A stretch of 64,000 bases of DNA from Patescibacteria group bacterium (GCA_043812155.1 JBDRMK010000017.1:13824-77823); one strand, 5' to 3'; numbered from the stretch's first letter, positions 40,601 to 50,651 are shown. Program-made: numbers and translations. The notes: generated by a model not told the origin, from the letters alone.

Positions 40601-41295
40601 GGAACGCTTGGCCGGCTGCTGCCCGAGGCATAAGTGACCGGATTCCAGCATAAGTTTTGATTTGAAGATTCATAAATATCCCCTTTTTTTGTGGCTGGAT
40701 CATAACTGGTCGCCCAGCCACGACTATTTGTCCCCGCATTAGTAAAGCTGACGTCAGTTAAATTATCAGTCGTAAATAAAGCGCCGCTAAATGAGTTTTG
40801 AATCTCAGTTGAGGTACACGTCGTAAGTTGCTTATAGCTCACGTACCATTGATTCCCGGGTAAAGAGGTATAAAAAATTATACCTCCGTCTCCAACCGCC
40901 CAGAGTAATTCATTACCGGAAGTAATTTTCACCACGTTTGAGATAGCGTTTAATTTTACTTCCGTAACGCTAGAAAATTTATTAGCGAATAAACCCGCCC
41001 AAGCCCCTGCCTGACTGTTATATGACATGATAATGGGCACTTCAAGGTCGTTATCATGGACTGTGCCTGAAAGAAAGCCGCCGCCGACCGCCCAGGCTAA
41101 ATAGCGGTTATTTTCCGCGTCGTAATAAGCGGTAATATCAGAAAGCCGGCCTTGAGTGAAGCCGGCCGGCGAACCCAGCCGCTCCCATTCTTTGGCCTGG
41201 CTTTTATCTTCCGCCCAAAAAAACACCGCCCCGATGATCAGGACGAAGACCGGGACGATAAAATAAGCGGGATTTTCACGGATTAACTTGGGCAT
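37621..41295 (-). CDS. Giant (1224 aa) Cys-rich secreted/surface protein
   Basis: N-terminal TM/signal (YFIVPVFVLIIGAVFFWA). Many CxxC/CxC clusters; no recognised catalytic domain. Confidence 0.5.
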   Translation of the reverse strand: MPKLIRENPAYFIVPVFVLIIGAVFFWAEDKSQAKEWERLGSPAGFTQGRLSDITAYYDAENNRYLAWAVGGGFLSGTVHDNDLEVPIIMSYNSQAGAWAGLFANKFSSVTEVKLNAISNVVKITSGNELLWAVGDGGIIFYTSLPGNQWYVSYKQLTTCTSTEIQNSFSGALFTTDNLTDVSFTNAGTNSRGWATSYDPATKKGDIYESSNQNLCWNPVTYASGSSRPSVPFLALHMIDNSTGWAVGGNSIIYNKSGISWAKTSFSPIDYGPCQPSGFCAGNSEWACETVTANKTWKNDCIMDFYDVFFTSDGKGYIPISSRKYLYYDGSSWNQRDTYRPASEPETKMYAVSGGLDNGTPYIWFSGDKGMTIFSANANNNPSHWSRQSVPKLENGRLYGMSSLDLTHTWSAGYFQSATAGQLSDNVALKLSPGNAAGYAYVGGDNCDNFCVDIGGSCQTNLLTKTCADGTPRQAPMGWISFNCLNNGSCESNTFSYGVDLKKETETADTQNSCVARDPAPSFQDKDVGALSGQAWLGVTDPNERSDATCFSVVCSNNNSLTCDDDDDCALCANNPKSCFSAGWLSFNRDETGEPPACPYQFKISNVCPDSGFNSFNTPCGKTISAGDYEDNAMAFFDYQSYALTGWGRFKLGQCSSHQDTACYKNDECKFCILGEYAGKACLSGADCGTGFCISENCEYKNKDFADAPAAGWLKLRGGQNFSPANPPAPPEINNPTDQYIYHNCNACTLSNPDTVNAFMTCKICDGLNIDVTKPGENYACNVCDGSNNQCGDGRCEGKPEEVCVVNEDPLKDHCQDIGQGDCIPSGYCSSSSPELFRYRPCLGNSDCNGGICKRGNCSNIPSNPCYNSNDCGAGTCEIINYISCNKCESCDAYGVSADINAGNFYGYAWSEDFGWVDMSRVSLAGAAWLQTLYGDIYGQKGVGSQEMAKAPGYKEEGNACNATYLILAGDTGRIVNFCSSSQGSASTRLNPSFLLPQSSANPWLVQNYRKFTLPVNTAPNSILGRVDYNDMISKCSQTYSGSLSTGPGYFGGNDIDLNGRVICIRDKNDYAGFHPGDLTLTSGLIFKNGLVDGSGLFVVDGDLIIESNINYKATNVDNLKKLASLAFYVKGNIYIGPSVDTLVGAYYSEKKIIVQSMGSADKKLTAYGLMIAKEFGFGRRYKGTISSPEPSELFIYDGRVQLNPPPGFRDLSQALPKISEVSP

Positions 41296-41325
41296 GGAAA
41301 AATTCTTGTCAAAAAATAGTTGGAT

Positions 41326-43269
41326 CTACGGCGTGGTATCAAAATAGCACAAACACTTATTTGCCAGGGTGGTATTGGCACAACCGACAGAAGCGCCGTT
41401 GGCATCAAACTGAGCCAGACATTTTGCCGTAGTGTATGTAGGCGTAGGACTTAAAGGAGTGGTAAAGCCAGTACAGACAACCGCGCAGGAAATGGCGCCA
41501 CTTTTTTCTACGACAAAGGTTGACCATGCCGTCTGGGTGGCGTCAGAATTTTTTACCATCGGTACACCCTGAACCGCCACATTACCCTCAAAATATCCGG
41601 CGTAAGCATTAGTTTGCCCGGCGAATTTTGAATTGGAAAGATTAGCCTTAGCATACAAAGCATAACTGGTGCCAGCGCCAGAAATATGCACCGCATTACC
41701 AACATCAGAATAAATCCCATAATTGATAATATTTGATCCGCCGCTATTGTCATGGTCGCCCGTCGCTATATTTATTCCATAAATCGGCCCATTAAATGTC
41801 CAGCGAGAATTCGCTACTTGCACATCAAGGCCAATAGGTTGGGTGTATTCTGAATTACTTATCCTTAAGCCAGTCGTAGAACCATTATTAACATATTGCT
41901 TGGGAATCTCTATTTTCACCTCACCATAAAAATAACCAGCCCAACAATTTCCAGTATCTAGATAATTCTCTAAATCGCTTGGACCGCCACATTTAAAGTA
42001 GCCGGCGTAAAAAGGTCCGGGATTATCTATCGGCGAATTATAAACTTCCGCTCTAACCGCATAACCAGTTGCCTGCTTCGCCGAGCCGGTATCTACATCC
42101 AATATTGCTCTAACCGCCGAGCTATATTTAGCTGGGTCAGCTAAAGGCTCCCGGTCGCCTTTGGTGCTAAAATATCCGCCATATCCTTCGCCACCTTGTT
42201 CACCTACCAAGGCCGCATTATCAGAATTGGCATAGGCATAAATAGCGTCCCCGGAAGAACCGACTTTCAAAGCGGTAGTAGGATTATTGACCACGAACTT
42301 GGCCGTGGGGCTGTTTTGGCCGATACCAATCTTACTCCCTGTTTCATAAATAATGGAATTGGCTAAAGTATTCCCGTCAGGGCTAAATTTGGTCACCCAA
42401 TTCACCGCTCCGTTACTAACTACTCCGCCAGAGCCGGAAGGCCAGGAAGAAATACAATTGGCTCCGGCAATGCAATATTGGCTGGCAGACACTTTCCCGG
42501 AAAAATTGCCGGCGTAGCCGGTGCTGCTATTTTCCGCATAAATAGCCGAACCAGCGGAAGTATTTTTGACCATCAGAGAATCGAAGTTTTCGGCAGTTAA
42601 AGAGTCGGGCGTAAAACCAACGTAGAATTTACCCGGCGTATAAACGCCGTGGGAAAAATCGTTATTATAGTTCAAAGTCAAAAGTCCGTTGCTGTTCAAA
42701 TTCACCAGCGCCCGGCAGCCGTTGCTATTGCAGACGCCCTCGCGGTAAATATGCAAATCGCCGTAACGGCCGGCGCCCTGCATCCCGGTATATATCTGTC
42801 CGGGAAAATAAGTGGTCCCTGTATTAGAATCCAATTGTATAAAATTCTCGCTGGCCGAGGTTTTTGAGCCTAATATCAAGCTACCGGAAGAATATAGGCC
42901 TAAACCGTTCGCGATCCAGGGAAACTTGACAGGTTTGAAAAACTTGCCCATTTCCAGGACATACGTGTCGGAAGCGTCGCCGTTGATCACAGAGGCCACT
43001 CCAGCATAGAGAGTTAATTTCCGATTATTTAACGCATCAAAAGGGATAGCGGCATTGGCCACGGGGATAATATTAGTAAACCAATCGGTTTTATCCTTGA
43101 CTTGATTGTCTAAAAGAGAAGGGCTTAAAAGAGCGGTCAAACCGCTTTGAGATAAATAAAAACTTGAGCTGGCCTGATTAAAGGCTTTTTCCGGCTGAAT
43201 CACGAGTAATCCGGCAAAAATAAAAGCGATGACCAGGAAAATTTTAGGGATGATTTTTAAGAATTTCAA
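41326..43269 (-). CDS. Large secreted Gly/Ser/Asn-rich beta-helix-like surface protein
   Basis: 647 aa with an N-terminal signal/TM and repetitive GxxGYAG/YAGYF segments. Confidence 0.45.
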   Translation of the reverse strand: MKFLKIIPKIFLVIAFIFAGLLVIQPEKAFNQASSSFYLSQSGLTALLSPSLLDNQVKDKTDWFTNIIPVANAAIPFDALNNRKLTLYAGVASVINGDASDTYVLEMGKFFKPVKFPWIANGLGLYSSGSLILGSKTSASENFIQLDSNTGTTYFPGQIYTGMQGAGRYGDLHIYREGVCNSNGCRALVNLNSNGLLTLNYNNDFSHGVYTPGKFYVGFTPDSLTAENFDSLMVKNTSAGSAIYAENSSTGYAGNFSGKVSASQYCIAGANCISSWPSGSGGVVSNGAVNWVTKFSPDGNTLANSIIYETGSKIGIGQNSPTAKFVVNNPTTALKVGSSGDAIYAYANSDNAALVGEQGGEGYGGYFSTKGDREPLADPAKYSSAVRAILDVDTGSAKQATGYAVRAEVYNSPIDNPGPFYAGYFKCGGPSDLENYLDTGNCWAGYFYGEVKIEIPKQYVNNGSTTGLRISNSEYTQPIGLDVQVANSRWTFNGPIYGINIATGDHDNSGGSNIINYGIYSDVGNAVHISGAGTSYALYAKANLSNSKFAGQTNAYAGYFEGNVAVQGVPMVKNSDATQTAWSTFVVEKSGAISCAVVCTGFTTPLSPTPTYTTAKCLAQFDANGASVGCANTTLANKCLCYFDTTP

Positions 43270-43309
43270 AACTAAATGGATTAATATAATTAATTAAAAT
43301 TAATATCGC

Positions 43310-44845
43310 TTAATCAGATATAAAACCGGTTTCAGTTTCTCCAGGACCGCAACTCTTTTTGCATTGGTAAGAAGGAGCGCAGCATTTTCCGCCGGCGGGA
43401 CAGTTAGCGCTGGTAATGCAATAAACGCAACAATCATAGGACGTTCCGCCGATAGAACCGTCTCCATCGTCGCAAGGATTTGTTATCGGATCACTATCCA
43501 TGCACCATTGGTTGATCGGACAACGGCCGGCGAGGGCGAATTTATTGGCGCAGTCCGCAGGGCAGCTTTGGCAGGTTTCCGGCACGCCGCATATTCCGTC
43601 CCCGCAATAATAAGCGGAGTTTAAAGTCTTAAAAGTTTTCGTTTCGCCGTATGTGTAATTGCCGTAGATATCCCAAATAATCACCCGGTAGGAGTAAGTT
43701 AAATTTTTTGTTAAACCAGATAATGGTAATGAATAGGCGGTATTCTCGGGGATCAAAAGCGGCGCCAGCTTGTAATAACTCCATTGATTATCAGTAATGT
43801 CAAAATCATATTCCACTTTTCCGTAATGGTCTTCCGTTGATTGCCAGTTGATTACAGCACTGGTTTCCTTGATATTTGTCACGGTGATCCCTGGAGGCGA
43901 AGTGAAAGTTGGCGGACAATCCTGGGTGCAAGTGGCATTCGTTTCATTGTTATTGCAGGCCCCGTCGCCGCAAGTATATATAGTGTCGGGCGGTTTCTTT
44001 TCCAAATCGCCCGGCTGGCCGATAATCACGCTGCCTTTATTCGTCGCTTTTACGTAAAATTTGGCGTCCGCGCTGCTGGTGCCGCCTACCGCTAAATTTG
44101 AACTTAAATTTGTGACATAGGTGTCGACATTATTCTGGCTCCAATATCCCCCAGAACCGCTGGTCGGCCAAGTATCTCGGAAGACTCCGCCTAACCATAA
44201 ACCGCCGTTTTCAATTCTAACGTCCCCGTAAAAATAACCGGCGTAAGAATCATCACCCAAGGCGCTGCCATAAATACCGCTGCAACGATTGTCATTGCAG
44301 ACCGCCTGACCCCAAACGCCATAAGTCTGGGTACCTCCAGTAACAAGAGACGCTGTGGTGCCAAAAATCCCCGTCGTTCTTCCCGACGATAGCGTGGGCG
44401 GCGCATAGCCGGAAACCGCGAACCTGCTGCCGCTGTCGTCTGTCGGCTTAAGCGTGGTCCAGCCCGCGTTTTCCAGATCTAATACCACGTAATCGCCCGC
44501 CGCTCCGGCGGCTAGTGAAGTCCAAGCGGTATTTTTACAATAATATACAGTATTATCTGCCGAATTATAGGCTACTTGCCCAGTCTCGCAAGGATTGGCA
44601 GTCAATGTTCCAGGATTTAACTTAATTATGCCAAGAGTACCGCCGCTTCCAATATTTAAAGTTCCTATTTTTGTTTGAGTAGTGGCAGAAACATTGATCG
44701 GGGCGGCGACATTTCCTCCGGGCGGGGCGGCGGTCGGCTCGGTCCAAGCTCTTGCTTCCGGCCCAAAAACAAAAAATCCTCCCAAAAACAGACAAAAAAT
44801 AAGGGAGAATAGGGGGATTTTTGCGATTTTATCCTTTATAAGCAT
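43310..44845 (-). CDS. Secreted surface protein with FN3-like region and Cys-rich C-terminal tail
   Basis: Start chosen at MLIKDKIAKIPLFSLIFCLFLGGFFVFGPEARA (signal peptide), which avoids overlap with the 44982 plus-strand gene. Internal ITVTNIKETSAVINWQ... (FN3-like). C-terminal CGDGICG...CPADC.... Confidence 0.45.
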   Translation of the reverse strand: MLIKDKIAKIPLFSLIFCLFLGGFFVFGPEARAWTEPTAAPPGGNVAAPINVSATTQTKIGTLNIGSGGTLGIIKLNPGTLTANPCETGQVAYNSADNTVYYCKNTAWTSLAAGAAGDYVVLDLENAGWTTLKPTDDSGSRFAVSGYAPPTLSSGRTTGIFGTTASLVTGGTQTYGVWGQAVCNDNRCSGIYGSALGDDSYAGYFYGDVRIENGGLWLGGVFRDTWPTSGSGGYWSQNNVDTYVTNLSSNLAVGGTSSADAKFYVKATNKGSVIIGQPGDLEKKPPDTIYTCGDGACNNNETNATCTQDCPPTFTSPPGITVTNIKETSAVINWQSTEDHYGKVEYDFDITDNQWSYYKLAPLLIPENTAYSLPLSGLTKNLTYSYRVIIWDIYGNYTYGETKTFKTLNSAYYCGDGICGVPETCQSCPADCANKFALAGRCPINQWCMDSDPITNPCDDGDGSIGGTSYDCCVYCITSANCPAGGKCCAPSYQCKKSCGPGETETGFISD

Positions 44846-44981
44846 GGAAAAGGATTCAAATTTTTGTTTATATTTATTCAATATCTGGCCAAAACGAGCT
44901 TTTGACAGCCGGGCGTCTAAACTATATAATAACATAAGAAAGACTATTTTGTCCAGGATAATACGAAACATAACATAACCT

Positions 44982-45521
44982 TTGTCAATGATAAATAACA
45001 AAAGGGATAATAAAAGGCGTACGGCCTTACCTTGGCCTAAATTCTTGATCATTTCCGGACTGCTGATCGCCGCGCAAATTTTATTTATCACAGCTAATTA
45101 CTTGGGGCGAGAATCAAAGAATGGAAAACCGGCCACGGAGCCTAAGATTCTGGGAGTCATCACGCCAGGCGAAAACGAACCCAAGGAATTCGAAAAACCG
45201 GAAAATTTCAACCGGACCGGAAAAATATTGAAAATAGAAGCCAACAAAATCAGCCTGGAATCGATCTACCTTCTTGACATGAAAATTGTCCAGGCGGTTT
45301 TAACCATCAGGACGGACCATAACACGAAAATACAAAAAAGAGACCTGGCTCAAATTTTTAAATCAGCGGACTCGGAAAACGCTGGAGTGGAAATGATGGA
45401 AATTAAAGACTTAAAAATCGGCGATAATGTGGTCGTCACGGCCGGCGAAAATATAAAATACAAAAATGATTTTCTGGCCGAAATTATCGAATTAAGATAC
45501 GATTCAAGCGATAAAAATTAA
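44982..45521 (+). CDS. Hypothetical membrane-anchored protein
   Basis: 179 aa with one TM (FLIISGLLIAAQILFITA). Confidence 0.4.
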   Translation: MSMINNKRDNKRRTALPWPKFLIISGLLIAAQILFITANYLGRESKNGKPATEPKILGVITPGENEPKEFEKPENFNRTGKILKIEANKISLESIYLLDMKIVQAVLTIRTDHNTKIQKRDLAQIFKSADSENAGVEMMEIKDLKIGDNVVVTAGENIKYKNDFLAEIIELRYDSSDKN

Positions 45522-45548
45522 TATAAAATAAAGAAAGGAAAAATCAAT

Positions 45549-46103
45549 ATGTGGATCATTTATGTCCTGGTCGGAATAATCGTTGTCTTGATCTTCTGGC
45601 TGATCGGGGTTTACAACGCCCTTATCCGCTTGAAGAACCAGACTGACGAAGCCTGGTCGGATATTGACGTCCAGCTAAAAAGAAGGTATGACCTTATCCC
45701 GAATTTGATTGAAACCGTCAAAGGCTACGCCACTCACGAGCGCGAAGTTTTTGAAAACGTGACCAAGGCCCGGGCCCAAGCCATGGGCGCCCAGAATCCG
45801 GAGGAAAAAGGCAAAGCGGAAAATATGCTGACCGGCGCTTTAAAATCCCTTTTCGCGGTGGCGGAAAACTATCCGCAGTTGAGAGCGTCAGAAAACTTCG
45901 CTAAACTGCAGGATGAACTGTCCGACACGGAAAACAAGATCCAGGCCTCAAGACGCTTTTACAACGGCAATGTCCGCGACTTCAACACCAAAATTCAGGT
46001 CTTCCCTAATAACATGATCGCCGCTCGCCTGGGATTCAAAAATCGCGAATTCTTTGAACTGGAAGAAGAAGCGGCCAAACAAGCACCGAAGGTCAGTTTC
46101 TAG
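45549..46103 (+). CDS. lemA: LemA family protein
   Basis: N-terminal TM followed by ALIRLKNQTDEAWSDIDVQLKRRYDLIPNLIETVKGYATHEREVFENVTKAR, a LemA signature. Confidence 0.8.
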   Translation: MWIIYVLVGIIVVLIFWLIGVYNALIRLKNQTDEAWSDIDVQLKRRYDLIPNLIETVKGYATHEREVFENVTKARAQAMGAQNPEEKGKAENMLTGALKSLFAVAENYPQLRASENFAKLQDELSDTENKIQASRRFYNGNVRDFNTKIQVFPNNMIAARLGFKNREFFELEEEAAKQAPKVSF

Positions 46104-46269
46104 AAATTCAAAGCACCATAATCAAAACGCTATACCACACTTTGTCATTCCGGACTCGATCCGGAATCCCGTTAATTAAAGCAACTTGTTTTTTTAAACG
46201 AGACCCCGAATCAAGTTCGGGGTGACAGTTAGTATAAATTAACGTTATATTAGTTTTGTATTTTCAAAT

Positions 46270-47181
46270 ATGACAACATACGACTTCATCAGTTCAAACA
46301 AGCGCCGCAGTTTTTTCCTGATTTTTGCCTTTATCCTGCTGGTTTTAGCCTTGGGTTACTTTATCGGCCAATTCTCGGACGCGGGCTATGCCGGCCTGGT
46401 CTTTGCTTTGGTTATTTCCGGGATTATGGCTTTAATAAGCTGGTATTCCGGAGATAAGATCGCCCTTTGGACGGCCGGAGCCTCCCCTTTGCAAAAAGAA
46501 GAAAACCCTTATGTTTACCGTCTGGTGGAAAATCTTTGCATTACCGCCGGAATGCCGGTGCCAAAAATATTTATAATTAATGATCCTACCCCTAATGCCT
46601 TTGCCACCGGCCGCGACCCCAAGCATGCTTCTATCGCTCTAACCTCGGGAATAATCGAAAAATTGGAAAATGAGGAACTTGAAGGGGTTATCGCCCATGA
46701 ACTTTCCCACATCAAAAATTATGATATCCGGCTGATGATGCTTGTCATTGTCCTGGTCGGAACCGTGACTTTAATCGGACAATGGTTTTTCCGTTTCAGA
46801 TTATTCGGCGGCCGGCGCAACCGCAGTTCAGGCGGCGGACAATTCGCCCTCATTCTTTTGATAGTCGGCTTGGTATTTCTAATCCTCTCGCCGATTTTTG
46901 CCAAACTCCTTCAATTCGCCATCTCCAGAAAAAGAGAATATCTAGCTGACGCTTCCGGATCGCTTCTCACCCGTTACCCGGAAGGACTGGCCAGCGCTTT
47001 GCAAAAAATTTCGCAATATAAACAACCGCTCCTTCATGCCAACCAGGCAACGGCTCATCTCTATATTTCAAGTCCTTTCGGCGAAAAAGCAACCAAGGGC
47101 TTTAACCGTCTTTTTGCCACTCACCCGCCGATCGAAGAAAGGATCGCCGTTTTAAAGAAGATGGCGGAAATCAAGGAATAA
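46270..47181 (+). CDS. htpX: HtpX-like M48 zinc metalloprotease
   Basis: HELSHIKNYD (HExxH) in a 4-TM protein. Confidence 0.85.
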   Translation: MTTYDFISSNKRRSFFLIFAFILLVLALGYFIGQFSDAGYAGLVFALVISGIMALISWYSGDKIALWTAGASPLQKEENPYVYRLVENLCITAGMPVPKIFIINDPTPNAFATGRDPKHASIALTSGIIEKLENEELEGVIAHELSHIKNYDIRLMMLVIVLVGTVTLIGQWFFRFRLFGGRRNRSSGGGQFALILLIVGLVFLILSPIFAKLLQFAISRKREYLADASGSLLTRYPEGLASALQKISQYKQPLLHANQATAHLYISSPFGEKATKGFNRLFATHPPIEERIAVLKKMAEIKE

Positions 47182-47389
47182 ATTCATAAATTTTTTCTAG
47201 TGGTCACATTATCGCTTTATCATGATTTAATCAAGGCTGTTTTGTTTTAGATATCAAGATATTAAGATATCAAGAATTTATATACACAAAGCTAATTTAT
47301 TACTTAATATCTCAACATCTCGACATCTCAATATCTTATTATCGTCTTGATTTACACGTCAAATAAAGCTATAATACTACATACAAAAT

Positions 47390-49894
47390 ATGGACATTCC
47401 AGTCTTAAAAAAATTCACCCAGCACCTGAAAAATACGCTTAACGCCGCGGCCAAGCTCGCTTTAGAATTGAAAAACAAGTATATCAATCCGGAGCATTTT
47501 CTTTACGGACTTTTAAGCACTCGGGGCGGCATTGCCCATGACATTTTAGGAAAAACCAAATTAAGCCCTGAATTGCTAAAAATCGCCATTCGCGCCGCTA
47601 ATGAACCGGCTCTTCATGATGATCTTGATCTCACGAAATTAAAATTTTCTCTAACGGCGAAAAAAGCCCTGGAAAAATCGGTCTTGACCGCCAACCGCTA
47701 CAAGCATAAATACGTGGGCACGGAGCATCTGCTTTTTTCCCTGTTGGAGCTTAATGACGCTTCTTTGGCAAAAATCCTGGAAGAAAGCCATATTGACCGG
47801 GAAAACCTCAAAAAAAATCTCACCGCGATCTTGAAAAATACCTCCAAGTTTCCCGATCTCTCGGGATTTTTTGCCGAAGAAAAAGAAATGGAAAAGGAAT
47901 TCGCCGGCCTTAAACCTTCCAAAACTCCGGCTCTTGATTTCTTTTCCCATGATCTGACCGACCCGGCTTTGCAAAAATCAATTGATCCCCTGGTCGGCCG
48001 AAGCCAGGAAGTGGAAAGATTGATCCATATTTTATCCCGCCGAACGAAAAATAATCCGATCCTGCTCGGGGATCCCGGCGTGGGAAAAACCGCCATTGTC
48101 GAAGGCTTAGCCAAAAAAATCCTGAAAGGCGAAGTGCCGGACGTTCTGGCCAAGAAAAAAATTCTTTCTTTGGATTTGGGAATGGTCGTGGCCGGCACCA
48201 TTTACCGCGGCGAATTTGAAAGCCGCTTAAAACAGGTGATCGAGGAAATCCGGGCCGATGAAAACATCATCCTTTTTATTGATGAGATCCATAACATCAT
48301 CGGCACCGGCTCAGCCACCGGCTCCATGGACGCCGCCAATATTTTAAAGCCGGCCCTGGCCAAAGGCCAGATCCGCTGCATCGGCGCCACCACCCTGGAA
48401 GAATTCAAAAAAAACATTGAATCCGACCCGGCCTTGGAAAGACGCTTCCAGCCCATCATTATTAAGGAATCTAACGTGGCAGAAACCCTGGAAATACTTG
48501 CGGGTGTAAAAAAGAATTTTGAAGACTATCACCACGTAAAAATAAATGAAGACGCGTTGACGGCCGCGGTCAAACTTTCTTCGCGCTATATTCAAGACAA
48601 ATTTTTGCCGGATAAGGCCATTGACCTGATTGACGAAGCCGCCGCCAAAATTAAAGTCAGCGCAAAAACAAGCCCGCTTTTAAAGAAAATCAAAGCTAAA
48701 GAAAAAGAGCGGGAAAAATTAGAAAGAGAAAAAGAACAGGCCGTTTTAAAAGAGAATTTTGACGAGGCCCTGGCTCTTAAGCAAAAAGAAGGTCAGCTTA
48801 AAATTGATTTGAACAAACTTGGGGAAAAATACGCCAAAGAAACAACCGGCTATGTCGGGGAAATAACGGAAAAAGACATCGCGGAAATAATTTCCAAGAT
48901 CACCGGCGTGCCCTTGGCCGAATTAGTGAAATCAGAAAAAGAAAGACTGGTTAACTTGGAAAAAGAACTGGGGAAATTCATTATCGGCCAAAACGAAGCG
49001 ACCAAAGCGATCGCCGATTTCATCCGCCGCTCCCGGGTCGGACTTTCCCATCCCAACCGCCCGCTTGGCTCTTTTATTTTTTTAGGGCCTTCGGGTGTGG
49101 GCAAAACAGAAATGGCTAAAGTGCTGGCTAAGGTGGTTTTTGAGGATGATAACGCTCTCATCCGCCTGGACATGTCGGAATTCACGGAAAGCTTCAATAT
49201 CTCCAAACTGATCGGCGCCCCGGCCGGCTATGTCGGCTATAAGGAAGGGACAAAATTATCCGACCAGGTAAAAAGAAAACCTTATTCCGTGGTGCTTTTT
49301 GACGAAATGGAAAAAGCCCATCCTGATGTTTTTAATCTTCTCCTGCAGATCCTGGATGAAGGCCATCTGACCGACGCCGTGGGCAAAAAGATAAATTTCA
49401 AAAACACGATCATCATCATGACCTCGAATGTCGGCCTGAAAAACCTCAATCAGCTGGCCGGCATGGGCTTTGAAACGGAAAACGAAGACACAAAAAAGAA
49501 ATGGCAGGAAAAATACGAAGCCATAAAAAATCAGGTTCTTAAAGACCTGCGCGAAAAATTTCGTCCTGAGTTTTTAAACCGGGTGGATAAAACTATCGTT
49601 TTTAAGCCTTTGGATGACGCTGCCGTGGAGAAAATAGTGGAATTGCAAATCAGAGAATTAGGCGAAAGACTGAAAGAGAAAAATATCACGTTTACGCTCA
49701 ATAGCCGGGCGCGCGCCAGCTTGGCCAAAAAGGCTTTTTCCCCTGATTCCGGGGCGCGCGCCGTCCGCAAGTTAATTCAGGAGCTGATAGAAAATCCGCT
49801 GGCGGAAAAAATACTTACCGGTGAAATCAAGGAAGGCGATCGTCTTGACATTCTTTTAGAAAAAGATAATATTAAATTAGCCAAAGCCAAATAG
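47390..49894 (+). CDS. clpC: Clp ATPase, ClpC/ClpB family (two AAA+ modules, Clp_N repeats, short middle domain)
   Basis: GDPGVGKTAIVEGLA, FIDEIHNIIG, GPSGVGKTEMAKVLA and VVLFDEMEKAH. The linker with the ENFDEALALKQKE UVR-like motif favours ClpC. Confidence 0.85.
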   Translation: MDIPVLKKFTQHLKNTLNAAAKLALELKNKYINPEHFLYGLLSTRGGIAHDILGKTKLSPELLKIAIRAANEPALHDDLDLTKLKFSLTAKKALEKSVLTANRYKHKYVGTEHLLFSLLELNDASLAKILEESHIDRENLKKNLTAILKNTSKFPDLSGFFAEEKEMEKEFAGLKPSKTPALDFFSHDLTDPALQKSIDPLVGRSQEVERLIHILSRRTKNNPILLGDPGVGKTAIVEGLAKKILKGEVPDVLAKKKILSLDLGMVVAGTIYRGEFESRLKQVIEEIRADENIILFIDEIHNIIGTGSATGSMDAANILKPALAKGQIRCIGATTLEEFKKNIESDPALERRFQPIIIKESNVAETLEILAGVKKNFEDYHHVKINEDALTAAVKLSSRYIQDKFLPDKAIDLIDEAAAKIKVSAKTSPLLKKIKAKEKEREKLEREKEQAVLKENFDEALALKQKEGQLKIDLNKLGEKYAKETTGYVGEITEKDIAEIISKITGVPLAELVKSEKERLVNLEKELGKFIIGQNEATKAIADFIRRSRVGLSHPNRPLGSFIFLGPSGVGKTEMAKVLAKVVFEDDNALIRLDMSEFTESFNISKLIGAPAGYVGYKEGTKLSDQVKRKPYSVVLFDEMEKAHPDVFNLLLQILDEGHLTDAVGKKINFKNTIIIMTSNVGLKNLNQLAGMGFETENEDTKKKWQEKYEAIKNQVLKDLREKFRPEFLNRVDKTIVFKPLDDAAVEKIVELQIRELGERLKEKNITFTLNSRARASLAKKAFSPDSGARAVRKLIQELIENPLAEKILTGEIKEGDRLDILLEKDNIKLAKAK

Positions 49895-49952
49895 CTTTTT
49901 GGTGGCCAGATAACCCTTTAGAGTCTTTTCTAAAATAAAAGACTTATTTATT

Positions 49953-50615
49953 ATGCTTATTAAATACAACCAAATAAAAAAATTCCTGCTGGATCTCATC
50001 TTTCCGGTCTTTTGTGTAGATTGCAATAAAGAGGGTGAATGGCTTTGTGTAAGATGCCTTAAAAAAATAAAGTTCAAAGAGCCATTTTTGCCTTTGAAAA
50101 ATGGCTCCGGTCTAAACGGCTTGATCATCATGGCTGATTACCAAAATGAAACGGTTAAACAAGTGATCCATCTTTTAAAATACAATTTCGCTTATGATTT
50201 AAGAACAGCCATAGGAAGCCTGCTGGCCGATTTCATTAAAAAAAGCCGCATTAATTTTCCGGCCCAAACCCTGGTTATTCCCATTCCCCTGCACAAAAAA
50301 CGTTTGCGATGGCGGGGATTCAACCAGGCCCAGATCATCGGCGAAGAGCTGGCGAAAATTTTTTCTTTTAAAGTATCCATTGACAATCTGCGCCGGATAA
50401 AATATACTCAGCCGCAAGTGGAACTTGATGCCAAGGCGCGAAAAAACAATATTATTGACGCCTTTATGCTTCATAATCCTCTTGAAATTTCCGGTCAATC
50501 TGTTATTCTTATAGATGACGTTTATACGACCGGCAGTACCATGAAAGAGGCGGCCAAAGTTCTAAAAAAAGCCGGGACGAAAGAAGTAATCGGATTCGTG
50601 ATTGCGAAAGGTTAA
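49953..50615 (+). CDS. comF: ComF family protein (phosphoribosyltransferase domain, competence)
   Basis: N-terminal CVDC...CVRC zinc finger; C-terminal VILIDDVYTTGSTMKEA, a PRTase motif. Confidence 0.75.
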   Translation: MLIKYNQIKKFLLDLIFPVFCVDCNKEGEWLCVRCLKKIKFKEPFLPLKNGSGLNGLIIMADYQNETVKQVIHLLKYNFAYDLRTAIGSLLADFIKKSRINFPAQTLVIPIPLHKKRLRWRGFNQAQIIGEELAKIFSFKVSIDNLRRIKYTQPQVELDAKARKNNIIDAFMLHNPLEISGQSVILIDDVYTTGSTMKEAAKVLKKAGTKEVIGFVIAKG

Positions 50616-50651
50616 AAATTATTAATAAACGTAGGGAATCCTATAAAACGT

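Noticed and set aside
43310-45091. Full-length 593-aa ORF start at 45091
   Set aside because: The upstream extension lacks a signal peptide and would overlap the convergent 44982 gene. Met83 opens a good signal peptide (MLIKDKIAKIPLFSLIFCLFLGGFFVFGPEARA).
47200-47390. Short repeats (GATATCAAGA..., ATATCTCAACATCTCGACATCTCAATATC) upstream of clpC, considered as a CRISPR-like or CIRCE element
   Set aside because: Only two or three irregular short units with no spacer-repeat periodicity and no match to the CIRCE consensus. At most a low-complexity promoter region.
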